Translations under genes and position numbers: made by a program | In this document: one piece after another, positions 38,889-50,404 of the stretch | Position numbering within the stretch: the first letter of the stretch is position 1 | Layout: every line of letters starts with the position of its first letter | The notes under the pieces: model-generated | What the model was told of the DNA's origin: nothing | Seen by the model: only the letters and a program-made list of their open reading frames with translations | Databases searched by the model: none | Assembly: GCA_002104905.1 (NCBI GenBank) | Contig: MCFE01000163.1 | Span: forward strand, 62,001 to 126,000 | Direction of reading: 5' to 3' | DNA length: 64,000 nucleotides | Source of the DNA: Basidiobolus meristosporus CBS 931.73 | Lineage: Eukaryota > Fungi > Basidiobolomycota

Positions 38889-41489
38889 ATTTGAACACCT
38901 TTAATATTCTTAATGATCTATGCTCCTGCTATTCTGGTGAGAATATCCTCAGTAAATCTTGACAAAGAATTTGGGCAGAGCACTCCAAAATCTGAAGACT
39001 TGGAACCTAGTGACTAAGCTAGGTGACTATTTAGGCTTAATGACAAAGTTGGCTGCTGGTGGTTGTTAGGTTCCTGATAATATTGGTAATCTTGTCTCAA
39101 TGAGTCACTGATTGAATCAAATCATGCTGTGAATCTTGTTAGGTTCTACAGAGCTTGTGTGAATCATCCATACAGATTTCTAATTATGTAGTGGTGTATA
39201 GGTCTCAGAGTGATTGATGACCAACACTGTGCAAATGGCTTGTGTGAGGTGCCCACTAGGTGCAAGAACATCTGGCCATAGTATGCTTGAAGTACCTGGG
39301 ATTTGTCATTACACCAATATGATGGGAATAAAGTCAAAAGCCTGTCCCATTGAAAACCTGAAACTTGGAATTCATCAGATTTCTCACTGGTATTCTGCTG
39401 GCAATGAACTGGTGCTTTCTATTCATATTTTCAGGTGAAAACTCCCTCAAATTAGTAGGTGGCTGATTATCAGGTTTGATATGAATGCTAGTTGGCCCAG
39501 CCTCCTTCTTGAAAATATATCTGCTTGTCTGCCAATAAGCCAAAACCTGGGATATTGAGGGCTGTAGGTATTGGAAAACTTGGAGTTCAGCTGCCATTGT
39601 GATGGTATGCTGCTGGCCTTTTCATAACTTTTCTCTCAGGGGTCAGGCAAAAGTTATTGAGCCACAGTCCCTAGCTTGGTTGGTGTCATAGAAAAGTATG
39701 TGGTGGGCTCAGCATCAATTGTGGTGATTATTTATCAAAGGCACTGAAGTCAAGAGAACTGTAAACTCCACCAGCAGGGACTAAATCAGATTGCAGATTT
39801 GTACAATAGTTACAAAGACAGAGAAGAATCATTGCTTGCAAAAGTACATATTTGGGAAAGATTGAAATACAATGAAGGATACAAATTCTAGGTCCTCCTT
39901 AGAAGTAGTGCCTCCAAGGTCAGTTGGCTTGTACAGTTTCCTGGGAATGTCTCTTGGTCCAGGATTAAAAACTCAGGTAGCAGTAGGTAGCAGCAACAAC
40001 ACTAAGCAACCAAGTTCTCCCAAAAATCTTGAACAATACCAAGTCCCTCACAACACTGGATACCAGATGTTTTGGTGAAAATATCCAGAGTAAGCCCTAA
40101 CAATGGGGATGGATAGGAAATAGTAAGGTTCATAGGTGGTGATCTGCCTGACCAAGCCAATGTAAATATACAGGTATAAGTATAATACTTACCACAGGAA
40201 GTAGCATGGCTTGGCAAGCTTGTCAATCGCTAAGGATTATTTCCAATTCTACCACCGTGATACTTGAAGATAATCAAGCTTATATGCAATGAGGTAGAAA
40301 TGCTATGTCTGAATAAAGTGTATGGATGTTGAACACCATTTAATCCAAGAGACTATACTTGGCCATGGCAGCAGAGCGTGCGACAGTCACCAAGAATATC
40401 CAGAAGTCCGTGTGACCCAGAGAGCTACCCACCAACTTGACTTGACATATTGGGGGATGGTCGGAGTATCATCCAGTTGGCAGAAAAAGGCACAGTGACC
40501 GGATGTTCCCGGGCATCTCCAAAATACATCCCCCCCAAAATCACTCTCCGCTGCCACCTTCAATCTGGTGAGCCAATGTTCGAACTCCCGGGATCACTGC
40601 CAACACTTCGCATTCACTTGCAATAGGCTATGGGTCCCAAGGTTGCTGTCACTTTGCTTTGGCTGGGCTTCTGCTGGCCTGGGGCAAGACTGCATGCTCT
40701 ACACCACCGTTGGCATGAAGGATGTTGTTGGTTTTGCTGAGGTGAACCCTAACGTTGGCTATGGCACAGCTGAGCGTCAGTATACAAGCGATCGGAACGA
40801 CCTTCCAGAACTGTGTACCACAGCAGTAACCACAACTCAACATCCGTATTGGGGGGGCCGCTGCCTGGACCGCGGATGTCACATCCCAACTGCACCAACA
40901 CTTCTGCAGAAGAAATGGACCCGCTTGCAAAGTGGGTTTGGAACCTCCCTCCCCCCGTGGCAACAAATCGGCGTGGCTTGAACCATGGACCAGATCACGG
41001 TCCGACCGGAAGCCCACCAACCAGAGTAGGGGTGAATTTCCAATGGATTACCGAGTCCTACCATCTACGATCAGGAGACCACCCTTCCCGAGACGTGCTA
41101 GGACGTTGGGCGCCGTTCCCATCCCCCAACAAAGCGTGGGTTGGATCCAACCGGTTTCCGAGGTCTGGTGTCACATAACCTGACCGGTTGGGCATCCGGT
41201 CGTTGAGCACGAAGTACGGTTCCCCGTCCGCCATCCACTCGGAGCCGAATCTTACCCCCCCCCTCCTTCCCCACCAATCCAGTTTCTTCCCGGGCACGTT
41301 GTCCCATCCAAGAGCAACGGATCATCTAAAATCCTATTGAGAGGGGGGGGGTGAGAAAAGGGAGGGACTTCCCAGACTACCTTGGCCAAACAAAACAATC
41401 GAGGGGATGTTAAGTAAACAGGTTCACAGTTGTTTATTACCAGGTGTTTGGTTAGGGGTGTGGGTGTGGGTGTAGGTAGGAGTGGCGGC

Positions 41490-42017
41490 TCACGCCTGGC
41501 GAGCAAAGTTCTGGGTCCAGTAGGCACCATTAGCCACGTACCCGGAACCGAAGTGGGTGTACTGGGGGTTAAGGATGTTCCTACGATGTCCGGGGGAGTT
41601 CATCCAGCCCTTCATCACCGCGTCGATGCTAGCATACCCCTTGGCAACATTCTCGCCTATAGCGGACCACTTGAATCCGGTCTCGTTGACCCGCGTGCTC
41701 AGGGGTCTGCCCGGCTCGTCGTGGGTCATCTGGCCGACCCGAGCCTGGTAGTCGGTGTGCTTCTGGGCGGCTTGCACTAGGCGATCGTCGAGCTTCAGGG
41801 CGGGTTGTCCATTCATCTGACGTTGCTGGTTGACCAACTGGAGCATCTTCTGCAGATCCCCGTTACCAGTGCCGGAGCCAGTCTGGCCGGTAGAGGGGGG
41901 GAGCTTCTTGGGACGGGAGGGGATGCGCCGCACCGGGCGACCCATGGGGGCGGCGAAGATCAACACCGCCTGGAGAAGGAGGAATGAGATGCAAATGAGG
42001 ACGGTCCAGCCTTTCAT
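41490..42017 (-). CDS. Secreted CAP/SCP (PR-1-like, bacterial YkwD-type) protein, 175 aa, intronless
   Basis: ATG at 42017 (MKGWTVLICISFLLLQAVLIFA, signal-like). CAP motifs LVNQQR...LVQAAQKH...MTH, GENVAKG, VMKGWMNSPGHRRNIL and YWTQNF. Confidence 0.92.
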   Translation of the reverse strand: MKGWTVLICISFLLLQAVLIFAAPMGRPVRRIPSRPKKLPPSTGQTGSGTGNGDLQKMLQLVNQQRQMNGQPALKLDDRLVQAAQKHTDYQARVGQMTHDEPGRPLSTRVNETGFKWSAIGENVAKGYASIDAVMKGWMNSPGHRRNILNPQYTHFGSGYVANGAYWTQNFARQA

Positions 42018-42697
42018 TTTTACTTGTTTCTGTCGAACAACAGAGATATACGCTTCCCCCCCCCAACGGGGGTGACCACCCATTTATACATGGACCCGGT
42101 GGCAAGGTCACGATCCGTGGTATGTTACTCAAGTCACAGTCAATTTCACTGCTCCAATGTGGCACTCGGGAGGAAATCACCTGCATGGTTTTCGTTGGAT
42201 TCGATGTAGTGGTGGATTCTCTTGGGACCGAGTATGGACCGCAGCTTCTGCTCGTGGCAAGCACCCGGTTGCATCGAAAGCTCTTGTGTCGCGGGCTACC
42301 TGCTGTCGGGGATGAATTGGCAGGTGTGGAATGAGGCTGGCAGGATATGGTAAGCGTTTGATGTGACACACATCGACCGTCTAGGTTACGGTGGGATCCT
42401 GCTAGCGAGGGATCTTCCCAAGAGAGACGGGGATCATCGACCGCAGGTGATGTTTGATATACAAAGGAAAAGCACTTTTGAAAACTCATCTTTAATCAGA
42501 TTGATGGTGTCAACCAAGAATGGCCGGGATGTTGGGGCCAGATTGTTCTATTAACAGGGATCGGTGGAGGGGGGGTGGTTGTCCGGCCGGCTCGGATATT
42601 ATATTACAGAACACACTGGTGGAGACCGGACATTCTAGGACTACTTGAGACGGGTGAAAATCTACAGATCGGTGTGCACAGCTCCATCACTTTTAAG

Positions 42698-43510
42698 TCA
42701 GGTGCAGCTCTGAAGGCTCAACGGGGTGGGAGGCTGGGTGATTTGGACATCCTCCGTGCAATAGAAATGGGTACCGAAGATGGGGAAGCAATCGGCGCAT
42801 ATGTATTCGTCCTTTCGACACCGCTCGCACCATTGTTTACGAACGATCCCCCCGGGAGAACAGTCAAAGCAACGGCCTCTGCCACAGGTCCGACAGTAGA
42901 CTGGCAACTCGCTGTGCTTCTTGGCGAGGATGTCGATGTGGAATTTTGGATTGCATGTGAGTCGGACCAGGGTGTTTCGTAAGGCTGGCAGCAGCCAGGA
43001 CACCACCCCGCAGTAACGTTTCCGAAACTCCGCCTCGGTGGGGTGGCCGAACAGGTTCAGCGTTTGGAAGTTTCCGAAAGGGGGTCGGTTGGTTCCCAGG
43101 AATCTCTGGAAAAGGGACACCAGGGTGATGATATCCAACCGGTTGCAGTTGAGAAGGGAAAGCTGGTTCAGTTGGGAGCATTTTTTGAACACCAGCTCCA
43201 GACAATCCGCAGTCACCTCGGTGTTGTTGAAGGAGAGCTCGTTGATCTGGTTCGCGGAATCTGCCAACAGACCCGACTGGAACGCCTGGTTGATTCTGGA
43301 CTCGATCGCGGTTTGTTGTTCGTGGAGTTTGCTGGGATTGGTCAACCTGAAGTGGTGGATGTTTAGGTTGACCTTTTGCCAGCAGTTGCTTCTGGAAAGG
43401 GAAAGGTAAAGTCGGTGGCATGTGAGGGCTACATGGATGATGTCAGGTGTGGAAAGGCTTTGGCATATTTGATCCAAGAGCTCTTGGGAGAGTGTGGGCA
43501 ATGAATGCAT
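42698..43510 (-). CDS. F-box protein with a short LRR-like region and a Cys-rich C-terminus
   Basis: N-terminal LPTLSQELLDQICQSLSTPDIIHVALTCHRLY is F-box-like; LNQLSLLNC.RL is LRR-like; CxxC clusters near the end. Confidence 0.75.
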   Translation of the reverse strand: MHSLPTLSQELLDQICQSLSTPDIIHVALTCHRLYLSLSRSNCWQKVNLNIHHFRLTNPSKLHEQQTAIESRINQAFQSGLLADSANQINELSFNNTEVTADCLELVFKKCSQLNQLSLLNCNRLDIITLVSLFQRFLGTNRPPFGNFQTLNLFGHPTEAEFRKRYCGVVSWLLPALRNTLVRLTCNPKFHIDILAKKHSELPVYCRTCGRGRCFDCSPGGIVRKQWCERCRKDEYICADCFPIFGTHFYCTEDVQITQPPTPLSLQSCT

Positions 43511-43964
43511 GGAAGATGATGGTTGATGGGAATTGGGAGAGGGTGACTAATTTAAAGGAGCCACGGTGGGATGTGACTGGATAGGCAACTAATCGCAATG
43601 CAAACCCAATCGAAGCCCATCGGCGCCAATCGTGCAAGTTCCTATAAGTCGCCTTTGACTGAATCAGTCTGGAAATGCTAGAAATGTATTGGTATATATG
43701 GCAGGCATTCATTGATTGTTCTTACACAGAATCTCTGTCATGTGATTCCCTGTGCATGGGGCAGTTTCCGTAGTGAGACGAAACTGTGTATAAACATGTT
43801 TCCACCTAAATGCGATGGGGTTGAGGGTTTAGTATTGAGTAGCCATTACATATATATATATATATTTATTTATTAGAGTTTTCATTGAAGATACATAATA
43901 TAGCCGGGTGAAATCTGCACCAGCCGTGGCAATGCATTTGATGGATATCATCTCCGCTCCCCGC

Positions 43965-46016
43965 TTAGAGTTCGTCGTGCTCAGGCACATCCTCTGAAGC
44001 CTGGCCATCGGCCTGGCCGCCAGCCTCCCCGTAAAGTTTGCTTGTGATTGGATTTACAACGGCCTCTAGCTCGGCTTTCTGCTCGTCTATATCCTCCTTG
44101 GTTGCCGAAGAGGCGTGCTCCTCCAGCCAATCAACCTTGGTCTTGATGGTGTCCAAGATCTTGGTTTTATCTTCCTCGGAGAGTTTGCCACCTAGCTGGG
44201 ACTCGTCATTGACTTGATTCTTCAGGGTGTACAACAGATTCTCGAAGCCATTCTTGGCCTCGATGCGGTCCTTTAAGGCCTTGTCCTCGTCGGCGAACTC
44301 CTCAGCCTCACGAACCATTCGCTCGATCTCTTCTTCCGAGAGTCTTTCCTTGTCGTTGGTAAGAGTGATGGATTCGGATTTTCCGGTCGCCTTGTCGGCA
44401 GCAGAGACTTTGAGGATCCCGTTGACGTCGAACTCGAAAGTGACCTCGATCTGGGGGACTCCGCGGGGAGCTGGGGGGATCCCAGTAAGCTCGAACTTCC
44501 CTAGAAGGTTGTTATCCTTGGTCAGCGGTCTCTCTCCCTCAAATACTTGGATCAGCACTGCCGGCTGGTTGTCGACGGCGGTGGAGAAGATCTGAGACTT
44601 CTTGGTGGGAATGGCAGTATTCCGAGGAATCAGCTTGGTCATAACACCCCCAGTGGTCTCTATACCAAGAGTCAATGGGTTGACATCTAGCACAACCAAG
44701 CTCTCCACTCCCTCATCTCCGGACAGGATTCCTCCTTGGACGGCGGCCCCATAAGCAACTGCCTCATCGGGGTTGATACCTTTGGAGGCCTTCTTGCCGT
44801 CGAAGAACTCTTCCAGCAACGCCACCACCTTGGGAATACGAGTGGACCCACCGACAAGGATGATGTCATGGATGTCAGATTTCGACAGGCTGGAGTCCTT
44901 TAGGACCTGCTCCACCGGCTTAATGGTTTTCTTGAATAGATCGTTGTTCAACTCCTCGAACTTGGCCCTGGTCAAAGTCTCGGAGAAATCCTCGCCATCG
45001 AAGAACGACTCGATCTCCACTCTGACCGACATCTGCGAAGACAGGGTTCGCTTGGCCTTCTCCACCTCTCTCTTCAACTTGCCCATGGATTTCAGGTCCT
45101 TCGTGACGTCCTTCTTGGTCTTCTTCTTGTATTGTTTGACGAAGAAATCGATCACCCGGTTGTCAAAGTCCTCTCCTCCGAGATGGGTGTCGCCAGACGT
45201 TGCGAGGACCTCGAAAACCCCGTCATCAATGGAAAGAAGCGAGACATCGAAAGTGCCTCCACCCAGGTCGAACACCAAGATATGCCGCTCCCCTTCAGTC
45301 TTATCCAGGCCATAGGCGATGGCGGCAGCGGTGGGCTCACTGATGATGCGCAGTACGGTCAATCCGGCAATGGTACCAGCATCCTTGGTGGCCTGACGTT
45401 GGGCATCATTGAAGTAGGCGGGGACGGTCACAACAGCATGGGTCACCTTCTTGCCCAAGTAAGCCTCGGCGGTGTCCTTCATCTTTCCTAGGATCATGCT
45501 GGAGATCTCTTCAGGGGTGAAGACCTTGTCCTGGCCCTTGACCTTCACCTGGATGTTGGGCTTTCCTTCGTTATCCACCACGGTGAATGGGAAATGCTTG
45601 AGATCGTCCTGGACCTCTTTCTCGTTGAACCGACGACCAATCAATCGTTTCGCGTCGAACACAGTGTTGGTGGGGTTCGAGGGGGCCTGATTCTTGGCGG
45701 CATCACCAATGAGTCGCTCTTCGTCGGTGAACGCGACGTAGGATGGAGTGATCCGATGCCCCTGATCGTTGGCAATGATATCAACATGGCCGTTCTTGAA
45801 CACACCCACGCACGAGTACGTGGTTCCTAGATCAATCCCGATCACTAAAGAAAACCCCCCAAGTCAGGTCAGCAGCAACCCCGGCAAGAAAAGTGCGAAC
45901 GTTGGCTTACCTGTTCCGTAATCTTCCCTGGACTCGTTCTCAGCACGTGCCACCAGAAGTGGCGAGAGCAGAAGCAGAAATGGTATCAAGAGTGTAGAAA
46001 ATCGGGATTTGCGCAT
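43965..46016 (-). CDS. KAR2: ER Hsp70 chaperone BiP; exons 46016-45911 and 45844-43965
   Basis: Signal peptide [25 protein letters not shown]; GIDLGTTYS and [10 protein letters not shown] Hsp70 motifs; C-terminal HDEL; 66-bp GT-AG intron 45910-45845. Confidence 0.98.
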
Positions 46017-46480
46017 CTTCCTCTACTTCGCGTGGTTATAAATGGTTCGCAGTCTAGTCGGTGAATTGGGTGAAGCGAGAGGCAATGTAGTTTGGCTTCT
46101 TCAAAGAAGAACTGTACAAAAGGAGACGAGCGTCCATCAAGCAACTTTTATACGAAGCTAAGCCTTCGAATTGAACGGACTGTCAATCCTTGAAAACCAG
46201 TGACAACAAGACGTTGTCAGCCGTTGATTGGTTGATTCAGCGATGCGACGGACAAGCACTCAGCGAGCTGATCAACCACTTGCCTAACCCCGAATATAGA
46301 TTTGGAGCCCGATGATTTGCTGAAACGATACAAGGAGAATGTGGAACGTGAGAGAATTTTGGGACCCATCGGTAGCGTGGTGGGTATTATTGATGAAATC
46401 TACGCCAAAGCACAACATGGAGTTTAACTGATCTTGCAGATACTTTTATTAAGGATTCAATACGAAAGTTGAATGATTGC

Positions 46481-47591
46481 TTAATCGAAGAGACCGAAGC
46501 CCATGTCATCATCAGACTCCTCAGCGGCTTCCTCGACCTTAGCGGCGGCAGCGGGAGCATCAGAGGTAGCAGCGGCGGCAGGGGCGGCAACAGCGAAGGC
46601 AGAAGGATCAGCAAGGTAAGCCTTGATCTGTAACGGGAACCATGCGGTTAGTAGGTGTGGGTGAGAAAGGAAGAATTGTCCCAATGGTTTGTCAGGAAAA
46701 AATTAGAGTGTAATAGATTTTGGTAAAATCAATGCGTGAAACGCTCAAAATAATCGTTTTCATCATTTCAAACCGATTGGGACAGTCAGTGGAAGAAAGG
46801 GTTACCTTCTCAGCGGCCTCGAAAGTGTAGTCGGTGGCAACGGAGACGGCCAAAACGTTCTTGTAGGTGTTGATAAGAACGTGGGGGACGGAAGCCAAAG
46901 TGGGGAATCCGATTTGGAGAGACAAAGCGGCAACATTTTGGACACCGGCCATGAAGTGACCAAGGAGGACATCATCGGTGATGTCCAAGATCTCGCTGGA
47001 GAAGCAGTTACCTTGGTCGTAAACTTGAAGAACCTCCATACCGTAGGTGAAGGGGGAGATGTTCAACATGTTAAGAAGGGTGGCTTCGGAAGGACCGACC
47101 TTGTGGCCGACCTTAACCAAGTGGACATCATTGATGATTTCAATGGTACCACGGGTAATCTTGGTGGGGACACCGAGAGCTTGGAAGAAGGAGGTCTTAC
47201 CGGGCTCCATACCAGTGTTACCGGCAGGAATGATGACATCGACGGGAGCGACGGCACCAGACTTGGCGGGAGCAGCGACACGGTTAGCGGTAACCATCTC
47301 ACGGATGTCCTTCAAGTCGGAGTTGGTGAAGACGAAACCAACGTTTCCTTTGACGAAAGGCAAGAGCTTCTCGTAGTTGGGGTTCTCCTCAAGAAGAACC
47401 TTCAAGGCACGACGGATCATGGTGTTCTTACCCATGAGAACGACACCTTCGCCACGGAGGGACTGACGAATTTGGTGCATTTGGTTGGAACCGACATTGT
47501 CGACACGGACAATGAAGATGGATTGATAGGTCTCGAGGAGATCCTTCAACTTATTGAAATATTCAACCTTCTTTTCACCCTTGGCAGGCAT
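46481..47591 (-). CDS. RPP0: 60S acidic ribosomal protein P0; exons 47591-46806 and 46627-46481; probable 5'-UTR intron 47666-47598
   Basis: [26 protein letters not shown] and C-terminal [13 protein letters not shown]; GT-AG intron 46805-46628. Confidence 0.98.
46688..46771 (-). ncRNA. Intronic box C/D snoRNA with an 18S rRNA guide
   Basis: C box ATGATGA (46766-46760); D box CTGA (46695-46692); flanking stems TGTCCCAAT/ATTGGGACA and GGTTTG/CAAACC; 16-nt guide complementary to the conserved 18S sequence GAAAAAAUUAGAGUGU. Confidence 0.88.
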
Positions 47592-48270
47592 TTTAATCTA
47601 GACAACAGCAAAATCTTAGTCAAGGCACTAGATGGATGTCATCAACTGCACTTATGATTCACATACCAAAGCAAATCCAACCGGAAGTAGAGGACGAGAC
47701 GAATCTGCTGAAAACCGAATTTAAAGTAGTGTCATCGGGCAACCATCCGCCCTGATTGGACATCTCACTGGATGAAAAAAACTTTGCCAGTCGGGTGAGA
47801 TTTTTTTTAACCAGGGGTATGTTACTTAGGCCAAACTAAATGCTGCCATTGACCGCACTAGATATATACGAACTATGTGCCGCCATACACCACGGTGGTT
47901 TTATGCAAACTATATGATATCACACCAGATAGATGCTGGCTATATGCTGCCAGATACCGCACCACTGGTACCACTACAAACCATATGCACGCGGCCTCGT
48001 TGACATGATCCAATTTATTAAAGATTCTCTATGGTGATAGTGTGGGGAGGGCAGAAACAACTTGGGTTGGCGCGGTATTAAAGGGGCCGACAACACGACG
48101 AAAAAGAGACCAAAACACTGAGATGAAAGTTTCCTTGTACATTGACTGGTGGTATTAAAGGGGATAGAGAAATAGCACTGCAGATGGGTTGTGCCGAGGG
48201 GGGAAGGGTTTAGACGCTGCCAACATGGCCTACGGCTACTGAGGAGAGGGTAGGGTCAAGGATCGAGAGT

Positions 48271-49538
48271 TCAGGCCCGAGGAATGTCGATCACAGTGTC
48301 CAGGACTGCCGTGACATCCTCCACATCTTTGAGGTCCTCCAAGAAAGGAACCAGATCCAGCAGCTCCGTGTCGTGTGGGTCGTTGAACCAGGAGCTCACT
48401 GGCACAGCATTGGTTGGGTGGAATATGTAGCTAGCTGGAGAATTATCAAGGATCATCACCTCGCGTATGTCCCGGCCTAGTTGGGACAGGTCCTGATGCA
48501 AATAGATGAGCAACAGCCCTCAGCACGCCTGAAAGAAAGAGGGACTAACCTTTACGTAGTTCCCGCCATAGTTGTAGCACGATTCTCTGAACAACCGGTA
48601 GTGCACCACCTTGTGGATGTCAAGCATGTCCAAGACTGGATCGGCGTACTACAGGAAGAGACAGTCATCAACAAAGCTGAATCGGAGCGTATTGTGGAGG
48701 GGGTGTCGTTACTTTGGCCAAGCTCGCGGTGAATACCACAATCTCGAAGGATTTCCCGACCTCCTTCAGGAATTCGTCTACTCCTGGACGTTTCAAGACG
48801 TACACATTATGGTACTGCCCCTCTATCTCTACTGGAATCACAAAATCCGCCTGCTCGACGACCTGATCATGTGCTGCGATTAGGCCAATATCAGATGGAT
48901 ACGGTCAGCTTCGATTTACCTTGAAGGAGCTATGGACCAACGTCTCGTCGAGGTCAAGAACAAGGCATTTCCTGCCCTGATGTTCCTTGGCGACGGGGCC
49001 TAGTAGATACTTGTTCTCGACCTAGCTTACGGTTACCTAAGGTATGTAGGGAACAACGAACCGGGCTCACTTACTTGAGTGGGAGGCTCAACAACTGGTT
49101 GAACTTCCGGGGTTGGAGGAGCGGTTTCTTCTTTTTCGGGAAGCAGGCTAGTGGACGAAGCTTTGGAAGCTGGCGCGTGTTTATCGTGGTTAGGTTGTGG
49201 AGCCGGTGGTTTGACCTCCTCGGCAGGTTCGTCGAGGTACGCCTTGGCACCACAGGCGCAGCGTAGCAGCTTTGTTAGGAACGAGCGAGAGGATTTCTGC
49301 CCAGACTTCTTTCTATGAGCTGAAGAGGCTTTTCCCTTGTTGAAAAGGGTGTCTTTCGGCCGCGGATCTGAATTCAGAAGGAGGGGTAAGAATCAGGGGG
49401 ATGGAGACCTCATACGAGCGGGGTACCTTTCTCCTCCACACCAGGCAAAGGCTGTCCTGAGGCGTGACTACCTTCCTGCCATACTTGGGCAATGGGATTA
49501 TTATTGGCGTTAATTACTTGAGCGCTTACTCCGGTCAT
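48271..49538 (-). CDS. PSR1: NIF/FCP1-family CTD small phosphatase (Psr1/CTDSP-like); 6 exons: 49538-49427, 49367-49075, 49021-48920, 48862-48713, 48648-48550, 48492-48271
   Basis: [48 protein letters not shown] and ILDNSPASY; N-terminal LLRCAC putative lipidation motif; all introns GT-AG and in frame. Confidence 0.93.
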
Positions 49539-50404
49539 AGTAAAGTTATCGTGTGTTTAAAGCGACTTTCAAAAAAATACAAAGGTTATATATTCACAAA
49601 GCAAAATTCCAAGGGAAATAGTGAGAATAAGGGGGATGCCCAGTGGTACGGAGGATGGGAGCTTGTGTTGCGGGAGAAGCGCTTATGTTACAAGAGGAGA
49701 AATAGCGAAAACGTTATTGCGGATACAAAGAGGGGGGACCAGAGGATATAGTTGGGAGAGTAGCTGGGCAAGCAGAAAAGACAAATGTTCAAACGCACAC
49801 CATCAATTCATGGAACCTCGTGCGAGTTGCTTCAGCAGTATTATTAGGAATGTTACTTGAATCAATTCTTAATTGAAGTTAGAAAAGGAGATCTATTGTA
49901 ATCATGAACATAAATATAAGGAAAAGGAGATCCATTATGACCCATCCAGCAGTATTAAGGACCAGCAGTTTCCCCTTATTCTTAAGGTACAGCTAGAACA
50001 GAAAGGGATGGCATTTGTCGACGAAAACATCGCCATTGGCCTCTGAAATATTCCCCCATTTTCCTCGTCAATGTGGCACACCGTATGACCGTGTGTCACT
50101 CAAACATCCTACATACTCGCTACTGATCCATCGGACAGATCTGAGCTCCAGAATAGATAATTCCACAACACTCCTGCTGCTTAATCAGCTGAAACATGAC
50201 CAGGAAGACCATCAACTATCGACCATCAGCCCTAACATTGTACTTGAGATGAAGATTGATACGCATGCTGGTCTAGGCAGATACAAATCAGGACTGCTTT
50301 TCCCTGAGGTTATACTATTTAGTCATTGAATATCAATCAGGAAAACTCCCTAGTATCAATCAGCTTCATTTAATACCCTTTCTAGTTCCCACATCTTTAC
50401 CGTA

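Noticed and set aside
43848-43866. (TA)n tract
   Set aside because: An ordinary short microsatellite in the KAR2 3' flank.
44227-47657. Long opposite-strand ORFs over KAR2 and RPP0 (also 54818..55417 over RPL18 and several over ovoA)
   Set aside because: These are shadow frames produced by the strong codon bias of the real genes and have no recognisable motifs.
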